A stretch of 36,743 bases of DNA from Priapulus caudatus (GCF_000485595.1 NW_014577084.1:180431-217173); one strand, 5' to 3'; positions 20,449-33,731 are shown, numbered from the stretch's first letter. The notes: a model not told the origin generated them from the letters alone. Numbers and translations are program-made.

Positions 20449-20686
20449 TGGGATGGGATGGGATGGCATGGGATAGCATGCGATGGCATGGGATGCGATG
20501 GGATGCGATGGGATCCGATGGGATGGCGTGGCATGGGATGGCATGGCATGGAATGGCATGGCATGGGATGCGATGGCATGGCATGGGATGAGATGAGATG
20601 GGATGGGATGGGATGGGATGGCATGGAATGGCATGGAATGGGATGGATGCATGGATGCATAGATGGATGCATGGATAGATAGATAG
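20449..20686. repeat. (GATGG/CATGG)n pentamer array grading into (GATG/GATA)n
   Basis: Visible directly; lies inside the Helitron. Confidence 0.9.
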
Positions 20687-22871
20687 TTCGCTTTTTTGGG
20701 TATTTTCCTTTCAACCAAGCGGTCACCAACTCAGTGTTTTATTTCCCGGGCAACGCCGGGTATCCCGCTAGTTATAGATAATGAGTGACACCTGGGCCAC
20801 TTCAATTATTGACAATTACGGTTTCAGCTGGAATCCACGCCAGGTGGCGGTACTGCATACCCAGTACCCAGTACCCAGTAACAGATTCACTGCATTTTCC
20901 GTCGTCTCGTGTCGTGATATTCTTAGTCCATGCCTGTACTGATGTGTGTTGTTAATTCTTGCCTTCAGGTGGAGCCACTACACTGCAATGCATTCTACTA
21001 CATAGATATTCTATATCGTGTGTATATTAGGATATTTATGTTCTACGACTGTTGGTCGAGCTATGGTATGGGGGTATTCACCAGAGAATTGCGTCTATAA
21101 ACAGCAGGCCTGAATATGCATAACAATATGACTAACTTAAAGTACTTTAAATGTTCAGTGCACACACAATTAACATACACGTTTATTTATGCTAAATGAC
21201 AACAAATACAAGCTGCTAATTTTACACGAAAGCTTTGTCAGCCGTTTGATACGCATTTTGCATAAATCTACAGGATGGGATTTCACGTAAGATTAACTGG
21301 AGAGTTTTACTATGGCACCATAATTCAGCAGAATTGTATCGTTTTGTATCGTTTCGTTATCGTGATCTACAACACTAGTCTGACTATTTATTATTTTTAC
21401 GCGTCAATAACTCATCTCTCCTATGTGCAACATCTCAGTTACAACGCAGAATAGTAACTCTACTAATGCAGGGTATATTAAAGAAAATAATACACACAGC
21501 AAACTCTACATCCAACATCCAAACATACATCACAGTATATCTCTTTATGGTATATCTTTAGGGTATATCCCAGTAGGCCTACATTCTCTCAGGTCTACAC
21601 ATTCACGTCAAAACGATTTTTGACATGCACCAATTTTAAATAACATTAATTAATATTTTAATATTGACTTGTGTGTTATCGAAACCTAAAACATAATTAT
21701 TGGCGTTTTTTTTCGTTCATACATCATAGTAGACGTTCAATCTTGGTGACGTTAAAATCAAGATGTTATGACTCATGTCGAGTTTGGTCGCCGATGTTTT
21801 TATCGGCGATCTGGCCGGTTTTTGACGTACGATATTCAAATCTTGTCGGCGACTAGGTCGTAACCTTAACGCGTCTAGAAATATCACCACCGGACGACTC
21901 GGACTCCGCGTATTAGCCACCGCACAATTGCCAGTCATTGTGCATTGTGGTTTGGAATGCCGTTGACAAGAGCGGAGGCGTCTGCGGCGCGACATCTCCA
22001 CGCGGCACGCTGTGGCGGCGGTTTGGATTCCTCCCCTCGACGCGACACGCCCCCGTGACGTGTCTCTCTCTCTCTCTCGCTCTCTCGCTCGCTCGCTCTC
22101 TCTCGCTCTCTTTCGCTCTCGCTCTCGCTCTATCTCTCTCTTTCTCTCTCTCTCAGCGGCGTGACAGGTGTCGCGCGAGTGGTCATCGCGCCGTACACGC
22201 GCGCGCGCATCCACATCGGCCCAGTGACACAGTGCGCATGCGGCAAGGTGGGGCTCACTAGCTGCTGCCTTTCACCGCGTGGCACTAACCGTGACGACAC
22301 AACGCCGCGTAATACTGGGCGGTGACCTTTTTTCTTCTTTTATTGACACAAGACGCGGTGTTAGCGTGCGGCAGGGCTGTGATGTCAGAGGTCGGAAAAG
22401 AGTGTTTGGTTTATCGTTCGCCAAGCGTGTGCAAGAGAGCTCGTGTATATCCGACAAAAACCTGAATAGGTTCAGTGGTGCGCGTACACCTTCGACCAGT
22501 ATTCGTATACCTTTAGAATAATCTGCAGCGTCCCGATAAAATCTATACTGCTGTTTTGCCTAGAATTGTGCGTCCTGAAATACGCGTTCAGTTATTCGTC
22601 TTTCGTTGTTATTATTTCACAAATATATCCACGAAATGAAAAGTGTGGAGGATAATACATAATTCGGTTTATTATTTAGATACATATTATTTAATACTTA
22701 CATTGAACCGTTATAATGCGATAATGGAATTTTACAAAATCGATGGCGTAAGATACGCGTTATAGCTGGGTAATTGAAAGTGTAATAGAAGTGTAACTGA
22801 AAGATTATAGCGAACAAAGAGAAGAAAACGAAGGTAATTTATGATCGCTTGATATATATCTGAATTTTGGT

Positions 22872-22906
22872 AATTGTGGGGCGCGTAATAGCCGGGTTGT
22901 ACTGTA
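22872..22906. mobile_element. Solo Tc1/mariner(pogo)-like right TIR
   Basis: Reverse complement reads TA|CAGTACAACCCGGCTATTACGCGCCCCACAATT. No matching left end found. Confidence 0.35.
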
Positions 22907-23736
22907 CCATATAATTTAAAATTGTCAATGATGTAATTTACAGTAAATACCGTAAATAATAATACCTTATAAGTTATATTATATTAAGTATTAATTTGGA
23001 TACAAGTATTTATTAACTATCGTAGGTAATATAAAGATTGTTGTCCGAAATTATATTCACCGGGGGTGTAAAAATATTTGCACGTGTTGACAGTAAAAGT
23101 CAAATATTAGGCAGTAATATATAATATATACTATATACTATAAAGTATTATTGCAACAGGACTGTTATATTACTGTTCGGTACGAAGTGCTTTCGCTTCT
23201 ACCACTGTCACACACGTTCAACGACCCATGGTCCCTCACGCACGCACCATGTAGGGCCTAGTCTTTACTTGATAGATGATGGTTTGCTAATTTATTAAGG
23301 CATTCACTTGCTCGCTCCACAGTTTTGAACTTTATGGTGTGTTAGCACATAATTTTGATCGTTGTGCTAAGCAGCTTAGCTCTATTATTATATCTAGCAA
23401 TTATTTTTGCTTACTTGGACTGATTCGAATTGAACTAGGGGCTTCATTATAAGATCAGAATACTGCCTATGGTATTTAACTAAAATACAGTTTTTAACCA
23501 AAATGTTACACGGCCGAGGTCACGACCTTGCCTCACCCAAATACCTGAATTATAATTTATTCTATCAGCTCGTGCCTAATAGCTCGGATAAGTAATCTCT
23601 ATACGTGTTAATTCTCTCTTGGCTGAAAATATAGAGGGAAACCTGTGTTTTCTTTGACTTTGTGACATATATGTTCAGCATTATATTATATACTACAATA
23701 AATACCTGACCTTAAAAATCAAAACAAAAATCTGTT

Positions 23737-24063
23737 TTAATCTCTATAGTGTTCGATTCTGGCTCTATTGCCCGAAATATAGCTTAGAATTCCCCGAACC
23801 ATTAGGTGGCTGCATTCATCTATGTGCGGCTGGTACGCTAGAAGATTACTAAGACAGCATAATAAACTATGTCGAACCGATCGCGACCAAGCACGAGGCT
23901 TCACGACCAATAATAATGCAGACACACGCGGTCACAGCGCCATCCCTCCATCAGTCCGTTACACACCTCGCAGCGATTTTTCTCTATACGAGCTGTTAAA
24001 ATTAAACGCTCGAGCTAGCGCCTCGAATGCAAGTTTGATGATACTGTGTACAGCCTCGGGCGC
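23737..24063 (-). pseudogene. Probable degenerate hAT transposase fragment
   Basis: One frame with 2 stops: ...EKSLRGV*RTDGGMAL*PRVSALLLVVKPRAWSRSVRHSLLCCLSNLL...MVRGILSYISGNRARIEHY. It resembles the hAT xTDG ... CxxH-L-L region in motif order and spacing. Confidence 0.4.
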
Positions 24064-26859
24064 TTAATTTTGGGACATTCAGGCAACATGTAAGTGTTGC
24101 ATGCGAGAGCCGTGGGCAGTATATGGGTTGACAGCCAGGTGTACTAAATATCTACTTTTAATTCGAGACGACGTCCCATGAAAGTTTAGCAACTTCATAC
24201 GTAAGCATTGCGAACAGGTCCCCGCAAACGATTTGCTTATTTGCGGTTATCGTCCTAGTAGGCCCTTGATGGTGCCATAGGTGGTCTCCCATTCTAAATT
24301 AGAATGGTAAGAGCAACCATACGAAGAGTATATTGGTATGTCTATACTAAAGTAATAATAGCAAAAGCGAGCTTGCGTAGAATTGGACATTCTAAGAGGC
24401 TCTTACATGTACAACTTTTGGATGAGCAGTTTGTCCTTTATTTGTGAATGAAACATGTTCGCTCATTTCTAACAACACTAACACTACACGTTTAATAAAC
24501 GAGAAGTGACGGGAAATCGGAGTCTTTTAGAGTTGCCCCGTCCAACTACGGCCCGTATGTCACGGGTTAACTATGGGGGCAGCGCATGTCAGCAACTCAC
24601 GTAGCGGTTGAACCTATAGTTTCGCTTTTACACTGCTGCTTCTGCAACTCCAGCGAAAATCGCTCACGTGAAACGATTTCAATTTCCCATGAACGAGAGA
24701 ATGCGCGAGGAGTCGTTCGTTGATCCAGATTCTTTTATGGTCGGCTAGGTGCGTGTCAAAGGTTGCGGCGAGGGCAGCGAGTCATGAGATAGACACAGGT
24801 AGACATTCCAGGTGCGCTGTGATGACCTGTGACACCTTCGTTCGCACGTACAACGATCACGGCTGATCGCTGCATGCAGTCCGCACACATAACTCGTGGG
24901 AATCTGTCGCCGCAATATATGCACGTGTCTGGGACGACGAAACAAAGTGCATTGTTTCGTGGTCCGAGCGAAGATAACAGAGCAGTGCTTGTCATTGCCG
25001 CTTCCCGTCTGTTCACAGTGTGATTACCTAGATTAACGACTTTCCACCCCCTTCCAATTATGCTCTTAGTAGAACAGGAGACACATTTTCTGGTAGAGTG
25101 TGCATGCTTTTATTTAAATCGATCATATATATATATGGAATTCATCAATGATATTTTATTGTACGTCTTACTTAAGTCGCTTATTCAACACACGCGCACG
25201 CACACGCGCGCACAAACGCACGCACACGTACACATACACGCACACTCAGAACCCCAAAAAAACAAAGGATATTTCGATGAGCGTAAAATACAGCCAGTAA
25301 ATTTCATCACCAACGCTACGTCGTGACAGGACGGAGGTCGATCTCAGAAACGGTAATGGCGCCGGCCCGGTTCTAAAAAAGTTGACAAAACATTCAGTGA
25401 ACAAAAAATGCTACCGTCACAAGCAAACGGTCCTATGCGACAGAGGTCATATTTGCATTTACAATAATACGTGGCGAAGTGCAACTATCAGGAGCATGTC
25501 ATATTTTGTCGACTTGCTCCAGTTCAACACGGAGCTATATAACGTAGACGGCACGCCCTCTAAGATCCATAAAACTCGTTTTTAACTGACGTTCATCGAC
25601 CTTTTACCTCATATTGGCGACACACGTATAGAACAACCGTCCATGCATTGACGGTGGGGGGACAAGCGGTGTATCCGCTGAGTTCAGTTTATACACGCAT
25701 ATAGACGTCTATATACACACACGCGCGCGTGCACACGAGCAAACATATAGCGATTGTGATCACAGAGAAGAACGAGAAACAAGGTCACTGTCAATAGCGT
25801 ACGGCGTACCGCGACTATGCACTAATTATTCATCAAACATTTATTTCACCTGCATGTGAAAGGGCTGACTGTGTTTGACACAATTCCTTTACAGAGGCTC
25901 GTATTTTATCAGGCGTGTGTGATTCGTTAAAAAACAACGATTCGTTTGATTTTACACATGGTTGAGTGGAAACAGTATCAATAAGATATGCGCCGGTGTA
26001 TATTGTCACAGTTTCCACCCAGTTCTCGGATAATGTTTTAATAAATTTACCACTAGGCTAACCTACGACCCTAGCCAGACTAGTAAAGACTGTTCGAGAC
26101 ATTAATGCAACGGCATATTTAAACTATCTATGTTTATTGCAGTCAATAATTATATCAATTTGCTCCTGTTACACACGTCGCAACACGGCCCCATTGTCGA
26201 GATCCGTAACGACTACAGTGCGCAGGCGTGAACGAGGAACAGGATTTCTGCTCTACAAGACAGTACACACTTTCATTCAGCCATAGATATATAATCCGCA
26301 TAAGTACTGTCATCGGGCGTGTTTCACAACGAGGGCGTCATGGACACTTCGTATAACCTCGTCTATATAGATATTAAAACATGGACGTAGTCACAGTCAC
26401 TTGCATCATGCGTGTGATGAGCCCTATATACACAATTATTAGGTCAAATGAATGTATATACTTTCGCATTATTTGTCCTACGTTTCCCGACCTAGCTTGC
26501 CGTTATTTAATAACACAAAACACATCCGGATTGTCTCCGGATATCCATCATTGTCTATACAAATGCATCTTGTAACTACAATAATCACCCCTTCTGTGTG
26601 CGTCTGTGGGGATTAATGATTTCACACGGCGTATTCTCGAAAATTAGAAATTTCTCTTTCCTTCTTTGCCGTAGCTTAACTTCCTCATCGTCTGTCTCAC
26701 TCGAACGCTTTCTTTCTCGTCTCATGTCATATTACATCTCTCGTCTCTCGTCTTTAGTGACTCCCTCTCTCCCTCTCTCACCTTCTTATCATTTTATCAG
26801 TCACGCCTGACGTCCCTCGTCTCTCGACCCCCCCCCTCTCTCTCGCTTTTAATTTCGTC

Positions 26860-26896
26860 TTGTCTCTCTCTCTCTCTAGGTATGTATGTATGTATG

Positions 26897-26953
<57 letters not shown>

Positions 26954-26966
26954 TATATATATATAT
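26860..26966. repeat. Compound CT/TATG/TA microsatellite
   Basis: Visible directly. Confidence 0.9.
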
Positions 26967-27927
26967 AATCTCACCTTGTCTCTCACGCCTCTCGTTCTTC
27001 AAGATAATATTGGGTGAGAGAGGGAGAGAGAAAGGGACGAGCGACAAGACACGAATGATATGATAATATTATATCATTTCACGCGCAAACCCGTGGCAGC
27101 TTGCACGCGCTCACATATGCGTACCTTGATTACCAAATAGGAGTCGTTCCGGGTAGAGCTCTTTGCGGACAGAGTGAATGCATCACATAACTATTATAAT
27201 GATTGCCTGTAGTCCAGGCACGTTGAGGGGCGATGCTTTGCTTCCTTTTCACAGTGCATGACTCTGAAAGTTGTAACATTGTATGATTGTATCACACGTG
27301 TGCGGTACACTCTGCTCCAGTAACAGCGGAAATCGTTGGCGCCGACAGCCAAATGCTGGCCCTTATGAAGTAGCCAGATTACATTGCAATTCGTTCCACT
27401 TCGTTCCCCCGCACAGCAGGCGTAATAGCACAGCACACATCACACAGAAACGTCTAAATAACGCATTGATGTGTGCATTTACCTGCCATGCGTAAACATT
27501 ATGGCTCGCTAAAGTGTGTCATTGAATCGTGGGACGTTTCCTGGCGGAACGAGGGGAACACTCCGTGTTGCCGGTAAAAGCTTTCTAAAAATCTATTATT
27601 TTACAACCAGAAACAACAAGGGAACACACGGAACAAGAACAGAGTGGATGCCGGGGCCAAATTGTCATATTTTATATTCTTGCATAATTTTTTTTTATAT
27701 AAAATCAGTGCTGCTACGGTTTAATCACGTAAGAATCGCTAAAAAAGAGGACGTTATTGCACTCGCGCCTAAGAAGTTACTTATCCAAAATAATGATCAT
27801 GATAATAATAACAATAATAATAATTGTATTATCGCTGTTACTGCTATATAACATTATATTAGTCCAGGATCACTTTCTTGCTCTACTGTTTAGTACTTAC
27901 AGCGTTCACCAACACGCTAAGCATGCA

Positions 27928-28160
27928 GGCATCGGAAGGATGTGTAGTAAGAAGCAAGCAATTAGCCAGCTACCTGCTCTACATAGGTGATCCGAAGTTG
28001 TTCACTAAAGAATAGTATGAGTTCAACCAGGTACTCACCATGGTCAAGTCGTTCAGCAACGATTACAAAATTGAGTTTGACTTGACCAACTGCTCGGCGG
28101 CTGCGTTCAAAAGGGGGCAGACTAGCGAAGAGGCGAAATGTCCAGTTGAACGGCAAATCT
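27928..28160 (+). pseudogene. Degenerate reverse transcriptase fragment of an R4/Dong-clade non-LTR retrotransposon
   Basis: With frameshifts it reads GIGRMCSKKQAISQL/LLYIGDPKLFTKE*YEFNQVLTMVKSFSNDYKIEFDLTNCSAAAFK/GGRL. This matches the R4/Dong pattern ISHLLYMDDLKLxxK...VxxFSxDIxMEFGLDKCA...KRGKL. Confidence 0.75.
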
Positions 28161-30424
28161 AGGAATGTTCTACAGTCTCGATCAGGGAAATGCCTACTAA
28201 TTACATCGCATAGACAATAGCGATGCAAAGTATCCCTGTGCGAATAGTCGCTCCTCAGGGTACAGTAAATGAGACTAGGTAGACAATGTGGCGACAAATC
28301 ACACAAGACATTTTCGAAACGTCATGTAAACGTCATGTACATCTTGAGGAATCCCAGGTTTTTCAAATAGCGGTAGAATCCAGTTTTTTGAAACCCTATA
28401 TTTCAAAACAGCTTATAGGCGCAGTTATATCTATTAATTTATATTGTAATAGTCGCACTGCGCTGTCATTTCTTTTCTGCATATAACTGCATGCGTGCCC
28501 CCTGATTTGAAAAATGCGAAAACTATTTTACACGTACGAGTGTTAAGTAGACGGAGTTAGGCAAAAGGTTAAATTTCTAATTTCAAATGAGAGTTATCAA
28601 CGGTGCAGGATAATGAAACTTTCATCCGTATGATCTACTCGAATTTCACGTCCAATGCGCGTGTATAAATAATCATTTTTATGTTATGCGTCAACTTTCT
28701 ACCGCTGATAACCTTTGAATCTTCAGGCAGCAACTTGGGATAAAACCCCCGGTCTGCTGTGCACACACAACACGCATAGGCCTAATGTACCCAGCAAGTA
28801 AGCAGTAACAAAACAGTGTGGCAACTATAATTCAATTAGATTCTAACAAGTTCTTCAACACTACGTAGTGGAATATGGCTGTGGTCTTGTATAAACAAAG
28901 CAGTCAGGCGGAGCGAGTCAAACACTGTTATTCTATTTGTCGTTGGCGCAACGGATCTGTTATTTTGCTGCTTTCGGATATTTCGTCAGAGCTTTCTGTT
29001 TTTCTGAAGCGTCATATAGGCGGTTGGCGATGAGAGGGGGCCTAAATATTGGATATAAGGCGTGATTCGTTGAAAAATGCATCACACACGAGTCATAATA
29101 CCAAGTTCAGAAAAAAAACGAAGAAATGCATTCGTGGACGAGAGAAGTTATAGAGACATTTTCAGTATATTCGCATTTCGAGTTCACATGTCGTTCTCTA
29201 GTTTATTATTACGTTTGTGTAACCTTAAGACAAACACGCCGAACAGAACATGGGGTTGCAGTCTAAAGTAGCCTATATATATATATATATGCTAGGAATT
29301 GTTACATAGCGTAAAACACTATTAATGCCTAAGCCTAGAAATTGTTCCATTTCGTACGTAGTTTTGTCACATATACTCACATATGCTTTAATTAATTACC
29401 ATTCGAATTTCATCATGTCACTGACGTTTGCATTAGCATAACGTGATGTTACCTCTGTTACACCTATCACTGTGTGGGTCCTTTATCGGCAGGGACCATT
29501 ATCTATGCAATGACCTAAATGTTCATCCTATCAAAGCTATATATGACATAGACTGAGATTTTCTAATCACTAGTCATTTCGTAGATCTATATGCGCGTTG
29601 AACCAACTGTTTATATGGTGCGTGCAAATTGATCTGTATAACTGGTTTTATTAACCACAACACAAGTAGGCCTACGTTACAAAAACGCTCTGTTGCATGA
29701 CTCAGCAGTATCGAAGCGTGTTGTATGGTGAACGAAAATGTAACCAGCGTTTTTGTTTTCGCTAGCCTTATTATATTGTGTACATTTAACTATTTTTGTG
29801 TGTGTTTTAGATCTAATATAACTAAATTGTTTCTTTTAACTCCGCCATATGTGTGCGTGTCTATACAGCTGGCAAAGATACACAACAAGGTATAGAAACT
29901 GAGGCAGAGATAATTATATTTTCTTATCGATCCAATGAAAGGCCGAAGCGCAAGCACAACAGTTCTAAGGCGCTTAATTCGATCTGTGCCTTTGTCAGCT
30001 GTGTTTGCTTAAAGTATCAACCGCAAGTGTCATCTCTTCTCTCTGGCGTGTGCTGCTCTTCCCATGCACACAGCCATGCGGGAAGTGTCCGCTCAGTCAT
30101 CGTGACTAATATGCTCTCCGTGTCGACTGGCGTTCGCCTGAAATAATGAGATTCAGTTCAATAAACCTTGAGACATACTTTCACTGCGATCCCGGAAAGG
30201 TGTCATAGGTGAGCGTATTCCGCAGTGACTGACCGGCGACTAGGAGGAGAATCATCGCCTCCGGTGAAATATCAAGACACGCGAGACATTCGCGCCTTCG
30301 CTCTTAACGTGGTCATTATTGCGCTACCAATAAGTATCACCCTGCACACACGTACGGTAGGTATACATACCTACCGAAAGATGTTTGCGCTTAGCAATGC
30401 TGGCGAGGAATTACGGGAGGAATA

Positions 30425-30495
30425 CCCTAACCCTAACCCTAACCCTAACCCTAACCCTAACCCTAACCCTAACCCTAACCCTAACCCTAACCCTA
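30425..30495. repeat. Interstitial telomeric repeat, (CCCTAA)11 plus CCCTA
   Basis: Perfect array at 30425-30490, flanked by ~55-bp direct repeats (30370-30424 and 30492-30545). Confidence 0.95.
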
Positions 30496-30654
30496 CCGAA
30501 AGATGTTTGCGCTTGGCAATGCTGGCGAGGAATTACGGAGGAATAGACATCATATACCTTATTATCTATACCTCATTATTGCCATTAACCACTGCTAATT
30601 TCCACACGAGCGGAACCACATCGTTTACGAAAATTCTCTCGAATGGCTTCAATG

Positions 30655-30683
30655 TATATATATATATGGGCGTCAATATAAAA

Positions 30684-30740
<57 letters not shown>

Positions 30741-30907
30741 CAGCTAGTGTTAACGTGGATTGACCGTGACAGGCATGTTCGAACATGNNNNNNNNNNAAC
30801 GGACGGGAACCCGAACCAACTTACCGTTTAACCGGTTAAAACGTTAACTTACTTACGTAACGTACGTCGTACTATAGTATATATATATATGGTCCGTCGA
30901 ATATAAA

Positions 30908-30958
<51 letters not shown>

Positions 30959-31010
30959 TTTAACAGCTAGTGTTAACGTGGATTGACCGTGACAGGCATG
31001 TTCGAACATG
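30655..31010. other. Duplication across a 10-N gap (30788-30797); probable unmerged contig overlap
   Basis: (TA)n-spacer-(CT)n-TTAACAGCTAGTGTTAACGTGGATTGACCGTGACAGGCATGTTCGAACATG occurs on both sides. The first copy ends exactly at the gap. Confidence 0.8.
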
Positions 31011-32653
31011 GCGATATAGGAGGTATCAGAATGTTTGCCTATTAGTTGTGATTGATACGCTACGGAACGATATAGCCTATATACCATACTTCCTCGCGTC
31101 TCAAGACGTGATTTTCTCTGCGGTCGTCATTCTATTTACAGTGATTCTGTTCATCACACCACCAACACAATAGTAAAATAAAAGTTATAAGCATCATTGC
31201 CAACGCACATGATGTTGCATGCGTGTTGCCGTAGCATTTCCTCGCACGCATCGGCCACATCAAATACACGCTATGTTAACAGAAACGCACTGTAAGGTCA
31301 ACACACATATAACATTGGAAGTAACACGTTAATTTCATTCTCATCGGGTTCAGTTCTAGTCGGTTTGTTATGTGTGCTGCTAACCATATTTTACCCTGCA
31401 GATATGTCGCTCGGCAGCGCACGCTTCCGCGTAGGGCGTAAGGTAGCTATTACTTGCGCCCAAGAACAGTAATCGCTGGGTAGCTATAATACGCATGACT
31501 GCTGGCGGCGTTGCGAGCAGAAAGGAAGCAGCACAGGATTGTCTAGCCGCACGTGGAAGTGAATATTGATAGGCTGTGGCCAGTAAACCCACGCGTGAAC
31601 CCGTGAGCGCGTGCAAATGACAGTGTTTTTACTTTCAAATGTATCCCTTATATATTAGTACATGCATGTACATCCGTTTTCTGAATAGCGGTTATTGTGT
31701 ATCGCAAAGAAATATACGGACGATCGTTGGAACAATTCATCTATACTAGTTTCTCGCCAGTTCCATGATTTAACATTGTTGAGCCTGCGCATGTGAGTAA
31801 ACATCGCGTGTTCCCTTTAAAAAATGTTATATTTCTAAATAATACAATAAATGTCTGTATAATGTATATACATATCGGATAGAACTATAATCGAAACTCG
31901 GTAATCGCTTGTAGTTTCATGTTCGTTAAGTTTCTTTCGGTTGGGTAGGTAAGAGGTAAACATACGTTCTTTCGATTGCCAGAAGCATGCGAACTGGATT
32001 GACAAACGCACGCAATGCGACGCACTCGCGATGCGCTGTTTCGACGTGGTCAGGTTTAATCACTTTCTATTCTGAATCAAGTATAAACACACTCGCGGAG
32101 TTCGCCATCAACCTTTTCCCGGCAGTAATAAGGCGAATAAAGGGTAAAAGTGATTCAACCGAGGAAGGGGGAGCGGGGAGCAGCAGCAGCAGGCCTACTA
32201 TTCACACTGGCAGCACTCCCTCCCCCATTCACCACCGCTGCTAATTGCTTTGCCATTAACTGTTACGACCTTTAGCGTTTTCGTTTTCGGTTGACTCGCG
32301 CAAAGTAGTCGCGCGCGCGTTTCTGGAACGGCAATTCGTAATCACTTAGCTACTTTCGCTGTTTGCGAAATCGTGACGCTAATGTTTTCCGTCGATACAC
32401 TGACACTGAGAATTACTCGGGCACTAAATTAACGACACCGTAATTGTCCCGTTCGTGTCGTATACGTACTCCATTAATCACTTTCACGCATTTCTCTAGT
32501 CGGACATGGGATTCCGTAATGGAACGTTCACTTGGCATAGAGACACGAATTTAAGCGCGTTCGCTAACATTGCGATATTCGTGTTACGTATTGCCATGCT
32601 TTATAAATAAATGATGGCGATAAAACCACATAATTCGAGCAAGGTGGCTATAC

Positions 32654-32711
32654 ATATAAGCAAGAGCTAATAATACCTATTATTATAGGTATTATTAGAC
32701 ATTGATCTCAG
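32654..32711. mobile_element. 44-bp CAAGAG mini-palindrome (family A, copy 3, more decayed)
   Basis: ATATAAG | CAAGAGCTAATAATACC-TATTATTATA-GGTATTATTAGACATTG (32661-32704) | ATCTCAG; flanks match 5/7. Confidence 0.55.
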
Positions 32712-33731
32712 CTGGCCCACCTTCCCTGCGACTGAGCTACTCCTGCTACTTCCTCAATTGCTAATAATTATATGCATAATTACTTGCACATGCTTAAATA
32801 CGTACGTGTTAAATCTCGTGCTTGTCCCATCTCAGCCGATGAAAAGCTGTGTGCGTGACACCATAACCAACTGCAAAAAGAAGCCTATCGGAACTCGATG
32901 CCATTTTACAGAAGTACGTTCACTAGACCTAAACAATATGCGAAAACACGATATAATAAACTGACATCGACTGACACGCAATTTTTAATTAGGACGTGGA
33001 ATAACGCGTGCTTCCGTACATTAGCGCGAATATATCTACACGGCACGCTATATTTAAAATTTACACCAACAAATTGTTCGGCATTCGGGTAGAGCTTTCT
33101 TTACGTTGGCGATATCAATTCGATAGAGACTCGGATAGCGATAGCACGACCACAGCCCAAGGGCATCCGTGCCAAACACATCTATCGCGTCAGCTATTCA
33201 ACCAGTTTTGTACTACGTGAGGATTATGCGTATCTCACTTATTGCGAGCTCAGAGTACAGTGTTGCGATGTAGACCATTAACCTGGCACACTGCGAGATG
33301 TCATCGCCTTCAATTCCCTCATCTGGTTTTTAACTGTTATAGTTCTTCAATCTTCAGTTGTTTATATGAAAGCAAGAGTTAACGAGATGGAAACGAATTA
33401 TCTGTTGGTGTATGTGCAGCTGTTGTTCAATGAATCATTACTTGCAGAATAAGCTTACGCTTGGCGCACACGTGATTAATTTTATTCAGTGAAATACTTT
33501 AATAAAGTTCTATCGCGTTATATTTTACAAATCAAAATCCACGTTCTTTGTGTCTATTTCAACCCTGCATATGCCTTAACAATTGGTTTATGGTTTTCAT
33601 TGTTGCACCCTATTGAAAATTATAAATCCATAAATTACGGAGTAATGTCGTGATATTTCCTGGCTTATTTTACGAGTATGAGTCCAGTGCTTATAGCAAC
33701 GCAATAAAGGTCACCTGGTGAGACCTTATTT

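Larger units (their letters stand above)
19771..20771 (+). mobile_element. Non-autonomous Helitron, ~1 kb
   Basis: 3' hairpin CCCGG-GCAACG-CCGGG (20745-20760) followed by CTAG (20768-20771) and then T. Candidate 5' end A|TCTATCTCTATATATAT at 19771 is less certain. Confidence 0.75.

Noticed and set aside
20838..20850. CTCF-like motif CGCCAGGTGGCGG
   Set aside because: A single short motif match cannot be distinguished from chance without ChIP data.
24550..24571. piggyBac-like GGG|TTAA end (also 35304-35312) and Kolobok-like CCCT|TTAA end (~31812-31820)
   Set aside because: No partner termini found; too short to call.
24594..24800. Possible minus-strand exon ending in TAC|GTGAGT
   Set aside because: No convincing acceptor or recognisable peptide.
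30225..30740. 171-aa ORF with a PN repeat
   Set aside because: The PN run is the telomeric tract and the SL tail is a CT microsatellite.
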